The notes under the pieces: generated by a model
The model's database searches: none
Told to the model about the DNA's origin: nothing
What the model saw: only the letters and a program-made list of their open reading frames with translations
Translations under genes and position numbers: made by a program
In this document: positions 23,487 through 40,112 of the stretch, one piece after another
Layout of the letters: the number at the start of each line of letters is the position of its first letter
Position numbering within the stretch: the stretch's first letter is position 1
Source of the DNA: Eledone cirrhosa
Lineage: Eukaryota
Length of the DNA stretch: 64,000 nucleotides
Direction: 5' to 3'
Assembly: GCA_964016885.1 (NCBI GenBank)
Contig: OZ024747.1
Coordinates: 47,120,001 to 47,184,000, forward strand

Positions 23487-24759
23487 ATATATATATGCGT
23501 GTGAGTGTTTTTGTGTTTGTGTGTATATATGCATGCGTGTGAGTGTTTTTGTGTTTGTGTGTATATATTCATGTGTGTGTATGTGAGCGTGTTTGTATGT
23601 GTGTGTGTGTATATTTTATACGTATTGATTAATCTACCGTCACTTTCGATTAACTAATTGACTCTTTCGTTACATTAACAACAGGAACACGTGTTTCCTT
23701 AACATAATTCTCAGACCGAGTGACACAATATGTGACATGGCTAGACATTTGAATTACAAGTAAAATCCAGTCGAGCAGATTTTACCCAGCATTTCACAAT
23801 TCATTTTTACACCTACGTATTTGATCGCGCTGAGTTTATGATAAAAAGATACTTGCATCAGATTTGGTGACTCATGGCGGCGCAGCAAACATTATAACCT
23901 CTGGATCATGACTTCATATTTATTGTAAGTGTTACGTATTTGCAGTTAGTGTTAGATTCGGAGATTTGTCTACGTATAAAGGTAATTGATGGTCTTAGTC
24001 ACCTATATGTTTGTGATAACTTGATATCGTGTTGAGCGAGTTCCCTATTGAGAGGTCTCTGACATAACGTTCCCTGAGTAGGATTGGCCGATATTTTATT
24101 TGCTTGAGTTCGTGGATAGTTTGTTCATGTTCAGGTTAAGGCAATTGCTTATATTAGTTGCGCATATATAGAAGAAGGCCTGGTCGAGTTTTCTCAAATA
24201 ACTTAAATATATTTACACCACGAAGGAAAGGTAACCATCTGAATTTGGGCTTGCTCATTCATTCAATAAAAAATAAATTGATGAATTCAAGTAACCGACT
24301 CAGTATTAATATCTTTAATAAAAATCAATCCACTGCTGTACCTTTGCATGGCCACAGTACAATGTCTGACAAGTAATGGGGAAGTTTTTAGAGGTAATGT
24401 TTTTGTTCTTTCACGATTGATTGGCCTTCATCCAGTAGGCATATGATCATAAGTGTTCGGGCTACGTCTGTTCATTCAATATATTATATTTTTAGGATAT
24501 AGTGTATCAGTGACAATACTTTCCAATATGTATAATTTTATCTAAAGATAGTAAAGAGTGAATTGAAAAAAAATAGTGTTGTTATTGGAAGCTCCTTCTT
24601 TTTAATCGATCTCATTGACATAGACTACTGTTTAATCATCTGCCTCAACCAATTATATAAAATACATAGTACAAATTTAAATATCAGATCAGTATCAAAA
24701 CATACCCAGTAAAACCGCAGGTATGTGTTGCCTTATAAATACATTCATACACATACTTA

Positions 24760-27420
<2,661 letters not shown>

Positions 27421-27428
27421 GATTATCC

Positions 27429-27915
27429 TACACATAACACTGAAGGGTCGATAAAACATCGTTCCCTAGGGATATACACAACCTCAAGCAACTTAAATAT
27501 AAGAATCCTGACCAGAGTCTCTGCGTACGATATTATTATTTTTAATTTTATCGTACCATGCTGGATGGATGTTGGCTAGTAAAAATCTCTCTTAACAGTT
27601 ATCTAATGTTTGTTCTTATACGATACAGAAAACCCTCCGATGAAGAATTGATTCTGGTAATGATGGACATATCGATCTATTGATATAGTTTGATTTATTC
27701 CCCGATTCAGTAACTGTAAATAAAGTCGAAGAATTTGATCTGGGAATGATGACCATCTCAATCCATTGAAGTGGTCCGACTTATTTATTTTTCAATTCAC
27801 TGTTCAGACTCTCTTTGCGGTCAGGAATTTTGGTCAGGATTCTTACGTTTAAGTTGCTTGAGGTTGTGAATATCCCTAGGGAACGCTGTTATATCGACCA
27901 TTCAGTGATATGTAT
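27429..27915. repeat. Diverged inverted repeat (about 90-bp arms), likely an old fold-back element
   Basis: CACTGAAGGGTCGATAAAAC..TTCCCTAGGGATA..CAACCTCAAGCAACTTAAA..AAGAATCCTGACCA is mirrored at 27823-27915. Confidence 0.8.
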
Positions 27916-28031
27916 AGATATATTTACTTCTCTGAAGAAGATAGTTTAACGATATTGAGGTATTATGTATACTCCTGACGAATTTAATTATATATAATTA
28001 ACATATATATATATGTGTGTGTATGTGTGTG

Positions 28032-28062
<31 letters not shown>

Positions 28063-28837
28063 ATGTGTGTATATATATATATATATATACATACACACAC
28101 CCACACAGATGTATATATATATACACACACACTAATATTATATTCATTTGGGGTGGGGGCTGTAAAGAAAAAATTCTAACTGGCAATATGAAAAAGAAAG
28201 GAAGAAAACATAGTAGCAGAAATGAAAATGAGGGGAAAAAGGAAATTCATAGAAAAAAATTTGATATAGGAAAATAAAATAAAACATTATAGAAAGAACA
28301 ATACAAAAATAGCAGAGAGAAAATAAACCTCAAATAATGTTGAATTTAACAGCTAATATAATAGGATCTAAAACGTAAGTAGAATGAGCTAAACAATAAA
28401 TCAGATGAAAGTCAATGAAGAGTAGAGGTAACAAATTGACAGAACAAAAGAACTCACGCAGGGGGAATAAGGCGAGATAAACACAAGAAAAAAAAAACGA
28501 ACAAACAAACAAAGCAGACGACAGTAATAAAACAACAAATATCATGAAAAGTAAAACAAAGAATAAATACAAAATGGCTTCTGTTCTGTTGTATCAAAAG
28601 CTTAAACTCGGGGAATTTTTGAACGAAATAATATTAAGTTAAACTGAGTCGCTGGACTCTGTTACAAATAAACAATAAACAAATCGTAACAACAATATCG
28701 CTTTCAGTCAGTCAACGAGGAAAAGACGGGGGGGATAGGAATTCGATTTTATTTTTAGTATTTTTTTTTTCTTTAAACCTAAACCAATAAATATATTATC
28801 TGATCGGTCACTCATGAATTTTACATTTTATACCATC

Positions 28838-28897
<60 letters not shown>

Positions 28898-29117
28898 TCG
28901 AAAAAATAAATAACTAATAGCATTGTATATAAACATTGACTCGAATAAACACATAGCTAATCAATTTGCACACATACTGATAAATATGAAGGGAGGTAAA
29001 CATAAACCCGCACACGCACACACACATATATATGAGCAAGTATATATATATATATATATATATATATAAGCAAGTATATATATATGTATAAGTAAATATA
29101 TATATATGTATAAGTAA

Positions 29118-29166
<49 letters not shown>

Positions 29167-29441
29167 TGTATGTACAATAGATATCTATGCATACATACTT
29201 ATATACTTAGATACGTACGTATATACATAAACACAATAATGATTCTCCATGTAGACGCGTGCACATATACAACATTTTATATATACGCCTGTATATATGT
29301 ATGTGCGTGTGTTCGTGTGTGCATCCGTGCAAACATATATGAGTGTATAAACTCCTAAAAATTTATTATTCTTGAGGGAAATGAAGCAAGTGTAAAATAT
29401 TTTGCAATTTATAAACATGAATGCGTATGTATATAAGTATA

Positions 29442-29505
<64 letters not shown>

Positions 29506-29622
29506 GATTGGTGGGTGTGTTTTGTACATATATATATATATAAATATATACCTCTATATATATATACACACACACATATATATATATATATATACGTATG
29601 TGTATATATATATATATTATAT

Positions 29623-29659
<37 letters not shown>

Positions 29660-29664
29660 TATAT

Positions 29665-29714
<50 letters not shown>

Positions 29715-29894
29715 CACACACACACATATATTTATACTTCTATTCATAGTAATTGTTATTATTATTATTATTAGTTTATTTTTATTACATGTCGTCATTG
29801 CATTACCGTGTACATCTCTGTTTGCCTTGGGCATGCTCAGTGTAAATATATGTATGTATAAGTAAGTATATATATATATATATATATGTAAATG

Positions 29895-30070
29895 TCTAGT
29901 ATATTGAAAGAACTGTTCGTAATATGTATGCAGTGTTTGATAGCGCTAGTTTCTGTATGCTGAATATATTTGTATGTCCTGGGATGTCGGTTATGTAACT
30001 GTCTGTGTGTTTTTATCATTCCCAGAGCACCCAAAATTATAAGGATTGTTTGAGTTTTCACCAATTACCT
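29895..30070 (-). mobile_element. R4/Dong-like LINE 3' fragment
   Basis: KTQTILIILGALGMIK motif, typical of the end of an R4 restriction-like endonuclease domain. Confidence 0.5.
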
Positions 30071-30096
30071 TCGAGATATTTCTATCTCTCAATTTT

Positions 30097-30148
<52 letters not shown>

Positions 30149-30313
30149 AAAAAGAGATGAAATCGAAAATGCAACTGGAGTCTTATTTTTTTTTTAAATA
30201 TATATATTTATTTGGTTCCTTTACCGGTTTCGCAGTTCTTCTGCTTTTCAAAAGGTGAGTTGAGATGGAGGGTCTGTGGTTCTTCTCACATCATTTTGTA
30301 AAAAAAAACTCAC

Positions 30314-30383
<70 letters not shown>

Positions 30384-31143
30384 TATTTCTAATTCTTCAT
30401 TCTAATTTGTATATCACTGGTGCAACAACACAGCACGCCATTTTTCATTCATATATGCTGTGACCTGTCTTTTTCTCTTCCTTTACTGCTATCCTCTTTC
30501 TCTCTCCACCTTCTCTCTCCTTCTCCCTCTTACTTACATTCACCCCCTCTGCTAGTCACCCTCTCTCGGCTAGCCTCTTCCTCACACTTTCACTCATTCA
30601 CTCTCTGCTACTCACCCTCTCTCTCACTTCCTCTATCGTCCCACACCGTGCGGAATTCTTTCCTCGCTTACCTTCGTATGGTTGGGATGCGTCTCTCGTC
30701 TTCTCGTCAATATTCGCAAGTTTTTTATGTTCAAATAAATCATTTACTTGATTTTCTCATTTTTTCCTCTCTTTACGTTGCCTTACCATTCGTGTTTGTT
30801 TACTTGTCTCTCTTTCTCCACTCAATTCTTTTTATCCCAATAACTTATTTTAGTTATTGTTTGCGCTAGTCTGAGGTATCTGGTCTTTAAGGCGAAGAAA
30901 TACCTATGATGGCTAGTAGACCACTGATGATGGATAATCCTGGCTTCTATTTCCAATTCTTCATTTTAATTTGTATATCACATTTGCAACAAAACAGCAC
31001 GCCATTTTCCATTTATATATATATATATATAAAGGAAATTGAGAAATTAATAAAACATAAAAATTGAGAGATAGAAATGTATATATATATCGTTTCTGAA
31101 TTTGTTTAGCAAGATTCTTTATCTGAAAACGTGTGTTGAAACC

Positions 31144-31600
31144 GATATTGTTATACTTTGGGAGGGTCATGTTGCCAATAAGAAACACACACACCAGTTG
31201 CTTTCACTTCAATTTATTATAATACATTTATAAATTTAGGAATTTATAAATTTCCGGTTGGTTGGTTGGTTCCACAACCAGATGGTTGTTTATATATTGT
31301 CAAAGTTCTTTCGTCACATGTTGTTTTTGTGTGACACACAAAAACAAGATGGCGTAGGACAGAACAAAGGAGAGGCACAAAAACATAGAAAAAAGAATCC
31401 CCAGTCACTGAAGAGGTCACAGAATGTGTGACGAAAGAAATTTGACAATATATAAACAACCATCTGGTTGTGGAACCAACCAACCAACCGGAAATTTATA
31501 ATTTCCTAAATTTATAAATTTATTATAATAAATTAAAGTGAAAGCAACTGGTGCGTGTGTTTCTTATTGGCAACATGACCCTCCCAAAGTATAACAATAT
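31144..31600. mobile_element. Fold-back element with HHR motif
   Basis: About 170-bp arms ending TATTGTTATACTTTGGGAGGGTCA; HHR-like gtca-CTGAAGA-ggtcaca gaatg tgtgac-GAAA-gaaa-TT-tgac at 31404-31446. Confidence 0.75.
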
Positions 31601-31727
31601 ACCTATATATATATATATGCCAACACAAGTGGAAGAATGAGGGGATCATTCTACTGACATGACTTTAAAAAGGTTGTTTGCATGATTGCAAACAAATCGA
31701 ATATTATCATTAATATTCGAAAAACTG

Positions 31728-31766
<39 letters not shown>

Positions 31767-31804
31767 TTGCGAGGTTTTTTATATGAAATCGTGTGTCGAA
31801 ACAA

Positions 31805-32110
31805 ATATTGTTATACTTGGGGAGAAAAATGGCGTAGACATACAATGTAACGGGAGGAAACAATAGTACCACTGACGATGTTGCAGATGTGCAACGAAAG
31901 AACTTTGATAGACTATATATATGTGTTTGTGTCTATATTGTATCTGTATTATTTTTGACCGTTGGTCAGTCAATGACAACATTGAGGACCGAATAAATTA
32001 GATTACCGATATAAAAGACACAGAAGCGAAAAGCGAAAACCAACCAAACAGTGAATGTGTTCTGTTATTAATTCTGGCAATATTACACAAATATGACCCT
32101 CCCCAAGTAT

Positions 32111-32120
<10 letters not shown>
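31805..32120. mobile_element. Related element with the same terminal repeat and an HHR motif
   Basis: TATTGTTATACTTGGGGAG / CTCCCCAAGTATAACAATA termini; tacca-CTGACGA-tgttgca gatg tgcaac-GAAA-gaac-TT-tgata at 31867-31910. Confidence 0.7.
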
Positions 32121-32148
<28 letters not shown>

Positions 32149-32149
32149 T

Positions 32150-32417
32150 GGTAGCACGTGGCTTAGTGCGTGTTGGACTTACGATAATAATGTCGTAGGT
32201 TCGATTCGTGGGTTGCGTGGTGTTCTTTAGAAAAACATTTCATTTCACGTTGCTCCAGTATACTCAGCTGAAAATGAGTACCAGAAATACCTGGGGTTTT
32301 AACCCTGCGATGGACTGGCATACTGTACAGAGGTGTCTTTTATTCTCAGTGGCTTCACGCCATGAAACCGGGATAAGCACCGGCCAAATGAGCCTCCTGG
32401 CTTAAAACTGACTTTAT
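32150..32417 (+). mobile_element. tRNA-derived SINE, second family
   Basis: A-box-like TGGCTTAGTG, B-box GGTTCGATTCG, body TCACGTTGCTCCAGT...AACCCTGCGATGGACTGGCA. Confidence 0.7.
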
Positions 32418-32429
32418 ATATATATATAT

Positions 32430-32488
<59 letters not shown>

Positions 32489-32562
32489 AAATATATAGAA
32501 AGAAAATGTATGTCTTTTAATTCGTGGATCTATCCTTATAGACAACTACATACATACATACA

Positions 32563-33150
32563 TGGTGGATGTATGTCGTTTTCGAGTACGGCCACTACTT
32601 TATATCCACGTAGGAGAACCCCTACCGATGCGCTGAACGAGTCTGACTTTTTAGTCCAGCCAGCGACTTGAAAACTCTGGTACAAACACTACACTTGTCA
32701 CAATTATTGACACATAGTGCTGGGCCCATGGTACCATGTGACGACAAGTGCAGAGAGATCTCCAGATATAAAGCAATGCCTGTGCCGTGAATCTTTTATA
32801 GTGAGCAAAGGCACTGCACAAAGCCAGTCAAACTCTCTTAACCAAGATGATATTTACCAAAAAGAAGAACAAGTCAACATCATTGGATACCATCAGGGTT
32901 GCAGGTGTTATATCAGAGTTTTCCTTCTCCTAGAATTCTGCCTTGACAAAGGCTAAGGGGTCATCTCTCCCGGTGATTTTGGATGGCCATTGACTCTTAA
33001 GAGCTCCTTTGCCCTTTGACAGGTTTTGTTTTTAGTCCTGCAGGATGTCCAAAGTCACCCTCCTCACCAAGAAACCTTCGTGGGGTTGCCAGTTTAGTCG
33101 CCAACGACCCGACCATGAGACAGGTTGTACTGGGATACATGTTACCAGTA
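32563..33150 (-). mobile_element. Longest copy of RTE-derived family B, about 590 bp
   Basis: Reverse complement of 15530-15938 plus about 180 bp further 5' sequence; (TACA)n at the 3' end. Confidence 0.8.
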
Positions 33151-33152
33151 GC

Positions 33153-33184
<32 letters not shown>

Positions 33185-33204
33185 GTATTTATGTATGTAT
33201 GTAT

Positions 33205-33640
33205 GTAGTTGTCTGTAAGGATAGATCCACGAATTAAAAGACACATTTTCCTTTTGGTGTCTGACTCTGATATCCGGACGTTTGGCTTCGATGTCATTGT
33301 CGGTGTGCATTGATATACAACAGAGTATGGTTGCTTTGTCATTCTCTGACATCTTTCCTGGTGTATGTTTGTACCACCTTTTTCTGGTGTTATTACACAG
33401 AATTGGCATAACATCCAGTGTATATACACCCAATTCTATCATGTATGTTGATATGTTCATTTTTGGCTAAGACTGCTCAGCCAGAGATAATAAGGTTAAT
33501 TGTTACTTCCCACTAGCATATATTCAGCAGTTACTGTGTTCTGAATCATTATGAAATGTTTTTGTTTTTTTTGGGGGTTTTTTTTTGTGGTGAGGCTCTG
33601 ATCTTGTCCTGCAAGTAGAAATCTGTCAGCGAAACGATGG
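33205..33640 (-). mobile_element. R4/Dong-like LINE fragment (restriction-like endonuclease region), degenerate
   Basis: AGQDQSLTT, WYKHTP..SENDKATIL, TDNDIEAKRPDI. Confidence 0.7.
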
Positions 33641-34276
33641 GCGCATAAACAACAAATATGGGAAACAAACTATTAAATGTGTTGATATAATTCAGACACC
33701 GGTCTGAAAACTAGCAGAAAAAAAGAACGGTGATTGTGGAATCCGACTTAAGATCGGATATGAAATAAATTATATATATATATGAGTGGTTAAGTAGTCT
33801 AAATTTGAATTTATATTTAATTTTAGCTTATGTTTTTGATGGGGATTATCACGGTTGCTATTAATGACAATTAATGCGTGATAATTGCCCCAATACTGAC
33901 ATAAGACAATCTTCTCTCCTGTATATAGGTGGTCAGAAACAAAAGCAAGCGAATAATTCCCACTTCAAAGAGCTAGAACGCAATCTAATCCATAAATTTC
34001 TGATGAACTGCTCTGCTTTTCGGTAACGGAATAATCATCTTTCTTAACATTTCACCCACTATAACTTATTACTAAATCTAACGAAACTGTGTTATTGTTG
34101 ATAATACTTTTATAATTCCATTTTTTAATGCAAAAAATATTTTTTGATGATACAAATATAGTTTACCAACAAATGTAAGATCAACGAAAACTGCACCAAA
34201 GAGGCTTCAGAAGTTGAAAATACGTGTGCGTATACATTAAATACATCTAAAGTAGAATAATCATTTCATCATTGAC

Positions 34277-34349
<73 letters not shown>

Positions 34350-35384
34350 TCTCTCCCTCTCTCTCTACATATATATATATTATTCTTTCTTTCTTTCTCA
34401 CTCTTCCCCTCTCCTTCTCTCTATTTCTCAATAAAAAATAATGACTTGTCAAATAATATTTCTTTAATACAATTACAAATTATGACAATAGATGTATACG
34501 ACACAGACCAGGTATTGGGGAATATTTGGTTTGTCTAGTGCATTGGTTATTTCGTTCGTTCATCTTAATATTTCTTATTATTAATATTGTTTTATAAATA
34601 TTCTTTTGTCTTTATATTTTGGCTTTATCGTGCCACTTAATTCCAATAATCGTGATTTCTCTTAACAATATGATATTACAATATCAAAAGTCCTGTTATG
34701 TGCTTAAATTATTTCAAATTACAGGCCATGAGATTTTTTTCAAGTTTCTATTTTGTTTTATTTTATTTTATCTTAGTTACAATTAATTTTTATGCCAGGT
34801 TCACATCAATATCAAGTGCAATAATAAAGAACAGAATAATAAACAAACTGCAGTTTTCCTGTATAATTTTAGTATAAATAGTCTCTGTTTTATGTGAAAC
34901 GGTAAAAGATAATAGACCCTCTCTGTCCGAATAAAAACGTATTTTAAATGTGAAAGGTTACATTGATACAATAGAATATCAAGATTGTTAAATGCTGTCA
35001 ACACTCATGTTGTTGTTGTTTATCCCAACTATAAACTTCATTCAGCAGACATATAATCAAAGGTGTTCAATCCGTGAATATCTCGTCGTTTTTGTTTTAA
35101 ATATAATGTAACTTGCTGTACATTAACTAAAGTTTCATATCGTTCTTAAATCATTAAAGTGTGCGATAGTGAAAATTTGTTTTTTATTTCAAACATTTCG
35201 AGCGAGTGCATTGAGACTTCTTTTAGTTTTAATACTATGCAATCCCCCTACTTACTGCTTTACAAAGTCAGAATCTTTCATTCTGAACAACCCGATATGT
35301 CCACACAAAGTTGTGGCTTGGTAGCGGTAAATATGGGTTTAGCATTGAAACAAATGCATACTATTATTGCTTTGTATTAATTCA

Positions 35385-35612
35385 TGGCGTTAAGATGGTG
35401 GATTGGCAGTATCGGTAGAGGGTCGGGCGCCATGCTTTTCAGCATAGAGTTACGCACCTTTACGGTCTGAGTTCAAATCCCGCCGAAGTTAACTTTGCTT
35501 TTCATCCTTACGGGGTCGATAAAATAAAGCACCAGTAACATACTGGGGTCGATTTAATCGACTTACCCCTCTCCCCAAATTACTGGACTTGTGCCTATAC
35601 TAGAAATCATTA
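35385..35612 (+). mobile_element. SINE family A
   Basis: Near full-length consensus match. Confidence 0.85.
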
Positions 35613-35825
35613 ATTCCTGGCGTTGGATGGACGGATTGTGAGAGCGTCAGAGGAGATGACATTTTAGCATGTTTCAGGGATTGTGAGAGCGTTAGAGGAG
35701 ATAACATTTTGGCATGTTTCAGTCCTTTATGTTTTCACGGTATTCTTTGCGACGACACCGGTGGCAATATTTATCGGTCCTTGCCTTTCCCTCGGATACG
35801 TCATAGAACAACTGTCAGTCCCCAC

Positions 35826-35918
<93 letters not shown>

Positions 35919-36826
35919 CTCTCTCCTTTTCTCTCTCACGATCTTATTTACATGTTCTATTTCAATTCTTGATCGTTTGTAGATGAGGCGATGCAGTGAG
36001 TTGCTAGTAGCTATATGTTTGTGCTCGAAACCTTCAAGTTTACTAATGAACTAACCATACTGTATGAAGATTACGATTACATTACATAAATGCATTGACA
36101 TCGTTATGACAATGATTGTTGTTTGAGTTGTTAATGTTACACACATAATTGTTGCTGTTATTCTTGTGGTTTCCTTATACTTCATAGTTCTCTAATTGAA
36201 AACCATGTTAGCCTAACATATAGTTATTAATCTCGATGTTAATTTTGTCGCCTATTCTTAGCTCGGTCCAGATAAGCAGACCTATAACAACAACCGTTAC
36301 AAATCGAGACTAGCATGTCATTTTTGCAGTGCCTACGCCATTATCACACTCTAGATATACTGTATATCCAGAAATGATGCACAGTATGCCACGTGCCAGG
36401 CACAAATAAAGCATGAGAGGGAACATAGAGAAGCAAAACCCAAACTAAATTAGCTCGCATTTTCATATACGAAAAAGCTCTTGCCTGAGTGTGTCAAATG
36501 CAGAAACATACACATAAGAGTACCGCAAGAACAAACTGGAATTCACAAAATAATAGTATGTCATATTACAACACTGGCTTTGTTGAGAATTTTCAACAGA
36601 TATATTCCTTTATTTCTTGTATATGGCATGAGACGGAACCTTCTAGATTGTAGACTTTTAGGGGTTTTCCTAAAATAAAGTTCATGTAGACTACCTTTTA
36701 ATATATAGACGTTGAACCCCTGCACTGGGTTCATCCGTCTTTTTGACAAGTCTTGTTTTTGTCAACAGGATTAGTAGTCATCTCTTGAATGAGCTGTAAT
36801 TGTATATTCATATCTCTCTCTCTGTC

Positions 36827-36860
<34 letters not shown>

Positions 36861-36991
36861 CATATATATATTTATATATATATATGTGTGTGTGTGTGTA
36901 TGTATATATATATATGTGTATATATATATGTATTTATATATATATATGTTTTTATATATATGTGTGTGTGTAGACACACACGCAGGTATAA

Positions 36992-37067
<76 letters not shown>

Positions 37068-37725
37068 CACAGTGTGATTGATTTAGCCGTCATTCTCTAC
37101 AAACCACAAAGTACATACAGACAATACCGTCAATAATGCCATTTTTACATTTTAAGTTGATATGAAATGAAGTGGCAATAATATATTTGTTCATGAGTAA
37201 TTGACTACCAACAAGGAAAGCTCTGCTATACTTAGAATCAATTCTACCTATTTTGTCTAATTTTTTTTATATTTCTTCTATTTTACTTTTTTTATTTTGT
37301 CTCGCTGGTTCACAATCTTTAGAATGCGATAGACATTTTGGTACAATTGTTGATATAAATAATCATCTATTCAATATGAATGAAGACAGAGAGAAAAGAA
37401 TCGTTTATAGAATTGTCATAATTTTGGATAACAGAACATGTTTTTAGCGACCTCGGTAGTGTAATTTCAGATGTTAGGAGCTTCTAAAAAAAACTATGAT
37501 TTGTTAATAATAAAACATGACTTGTTTATATTTCGTTCGTTTTTCCTCGGTGTATCACTTTGTTTATATAACTTTCATAGATCTATCACCTTGAAGCATC
37601 TTCACGTCGAGTTTCTTGAGTTCATTAAACAACATAGAGGTAGAACTCTATTATGGCATGGACAATTAATTGTTTTTGGTGTTGTTGTTGTTTTTTTCTT
37701 TTTGTGAACTCAATTTTACCTACAA

Positions 37726-37771
<46 letters not shown>

Positions 37772-38418
37772 AAAGCTAAGGTAAATGATAGTTGCCCAAA
37801 ATGCAGTGTGATAGAATCTGGGAGTTAATGATTGCGAAGCGAGCTTCTTAAACATTCGGTCATGCTCCGGCCACATATCATCTTTCAAAACAACTTAATT
37901 CTTTTAAGGGGTCATTTATTACAGTTACATGAATTCTATACAAGGGGAGTGTAGAAATCCCTGTATTATTGCAATATTTGAATGAATTTAATTAAAATTG
38001 AATATTTATATCAAAATATAAAAATTTTAAAACCAATAAAATTGGTTGTTTTTTTCTTTTTTCGTGAATATAATCAATCCTGGCTGCCAAACTACGATGT
38101 ATAATGATTTTTAATATAGACAGACGACTAAAAATATTGATTATTTACATTGGCACAACAACAAATTTCAGGGGATGTTACGAGTCGATACATCATATTG
38201 GTCCTGATACGTCAGTGTTGCTTAATTTATTAATATATTTATTCTAGATGGTAAATCAACTCCGGTGGGTACCCGCTTAAAACATAATGCTCCACTGATA
38301 AATACCAGGTAGCAATTTGTCCAGCGTACTACGGAGTCTGTCACCTGCCACTTTATTGCTCACTCCGCGTGTGTGTGTGTCTGTGTATATTCAGAACAGC
38401 GAGACTGTATTTATATAC

Positions 38419-38460
<42 letters not shown>

Positions 38461-38468
<8 letters not shown>

Positions 38469-39096
38469 AAAAAAATAATGAATAAAACAATGAAACAGTT
38501 CCTTATATTAAACAAAAAAAGTTCATTATTTAACGATCGTTTCTAGGACATATATGTGTTAGAATTGGCATGCATATTCAAAAGATCTATGTACAAAATT
38601 ATACAAACTATCAAAGAGAATATACATACCAACACATATATATGCTGTCTTCAGAAATAATGAAGTATATTTATTGATAATAACAAAACAGACCTGTAAT
38701 TTTGAATTGTTGTTATTATCAATAAATATACTTCATTATTTCTGGTGCCTAAAGTAGAAACAATTATTTTTGAAGACAGCATATATATGTGTTGGTATGT
38801 ATATTCTCTTTGATAGTTTGTATAATTTTGTACATAGATCTTTTGAATATGCATGCAAATTCTAACACATATATGTCCTAGAAACGATCGTTAAATAATG
38901 AACTTTTTTTGTTTAATATAAGGAACTGTTTCATTGTTTTATTCATTATTTTTTTTATGTTTTATCTTGACTCTGTATTCCGTTTATCTTTCACCGAAAG
39001 TGATTTTTGAATGCATCTCTTCTTTCCATGATATCCAGATTACATTGAGTTCTTCATACGGATTGGACACTACCGTAAACTTTTGGTAGATTTATC

Positions 39097-39100
<4 letters not shown>
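38461..39100. mobile_element. Fold-back element (about 200-bp arms) with long-stem-II HHR, between (TA)n tracts
   Basis: 38461-38661 is mirrored at 38763-38962; minus strand reads attattt-CTGAAGA-cagcatatatatgtgttgg...ctaacacatatatgtccta-GAAA-cgatcg-TT-aaataat. Confidence 0.8.
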
Positions 39101-39153
<53 letters not shown>

Positions 39154-39467
39154 TAGATTAAAGTTTAAGTAAAGAATCGCTGCTTTCACTCTTAACGGAT
39201 TCTTCTGAAACTCATTTTGATAAATATTTGCTCTATGGTTTTTATATATTTGATATATATTTATCCTCTTCGGATTTTAGTCTTCACATTTATTATTATT
39301 ACTATATATATATACCAGTTCCTATTATTTTTTTCTCGTTTTATAGTTCCCTCGACGGAAGTTCCTAAGAAGGTGATGCAACCTCAGCGGGAAGTAACTC
39401 CAGCCACTCCCTGTCTAGAGAGCGCTACATATATATATATATATATATATATTCAACCCGGAATAAC

Positions 39468-40112
<645 letters not shown>

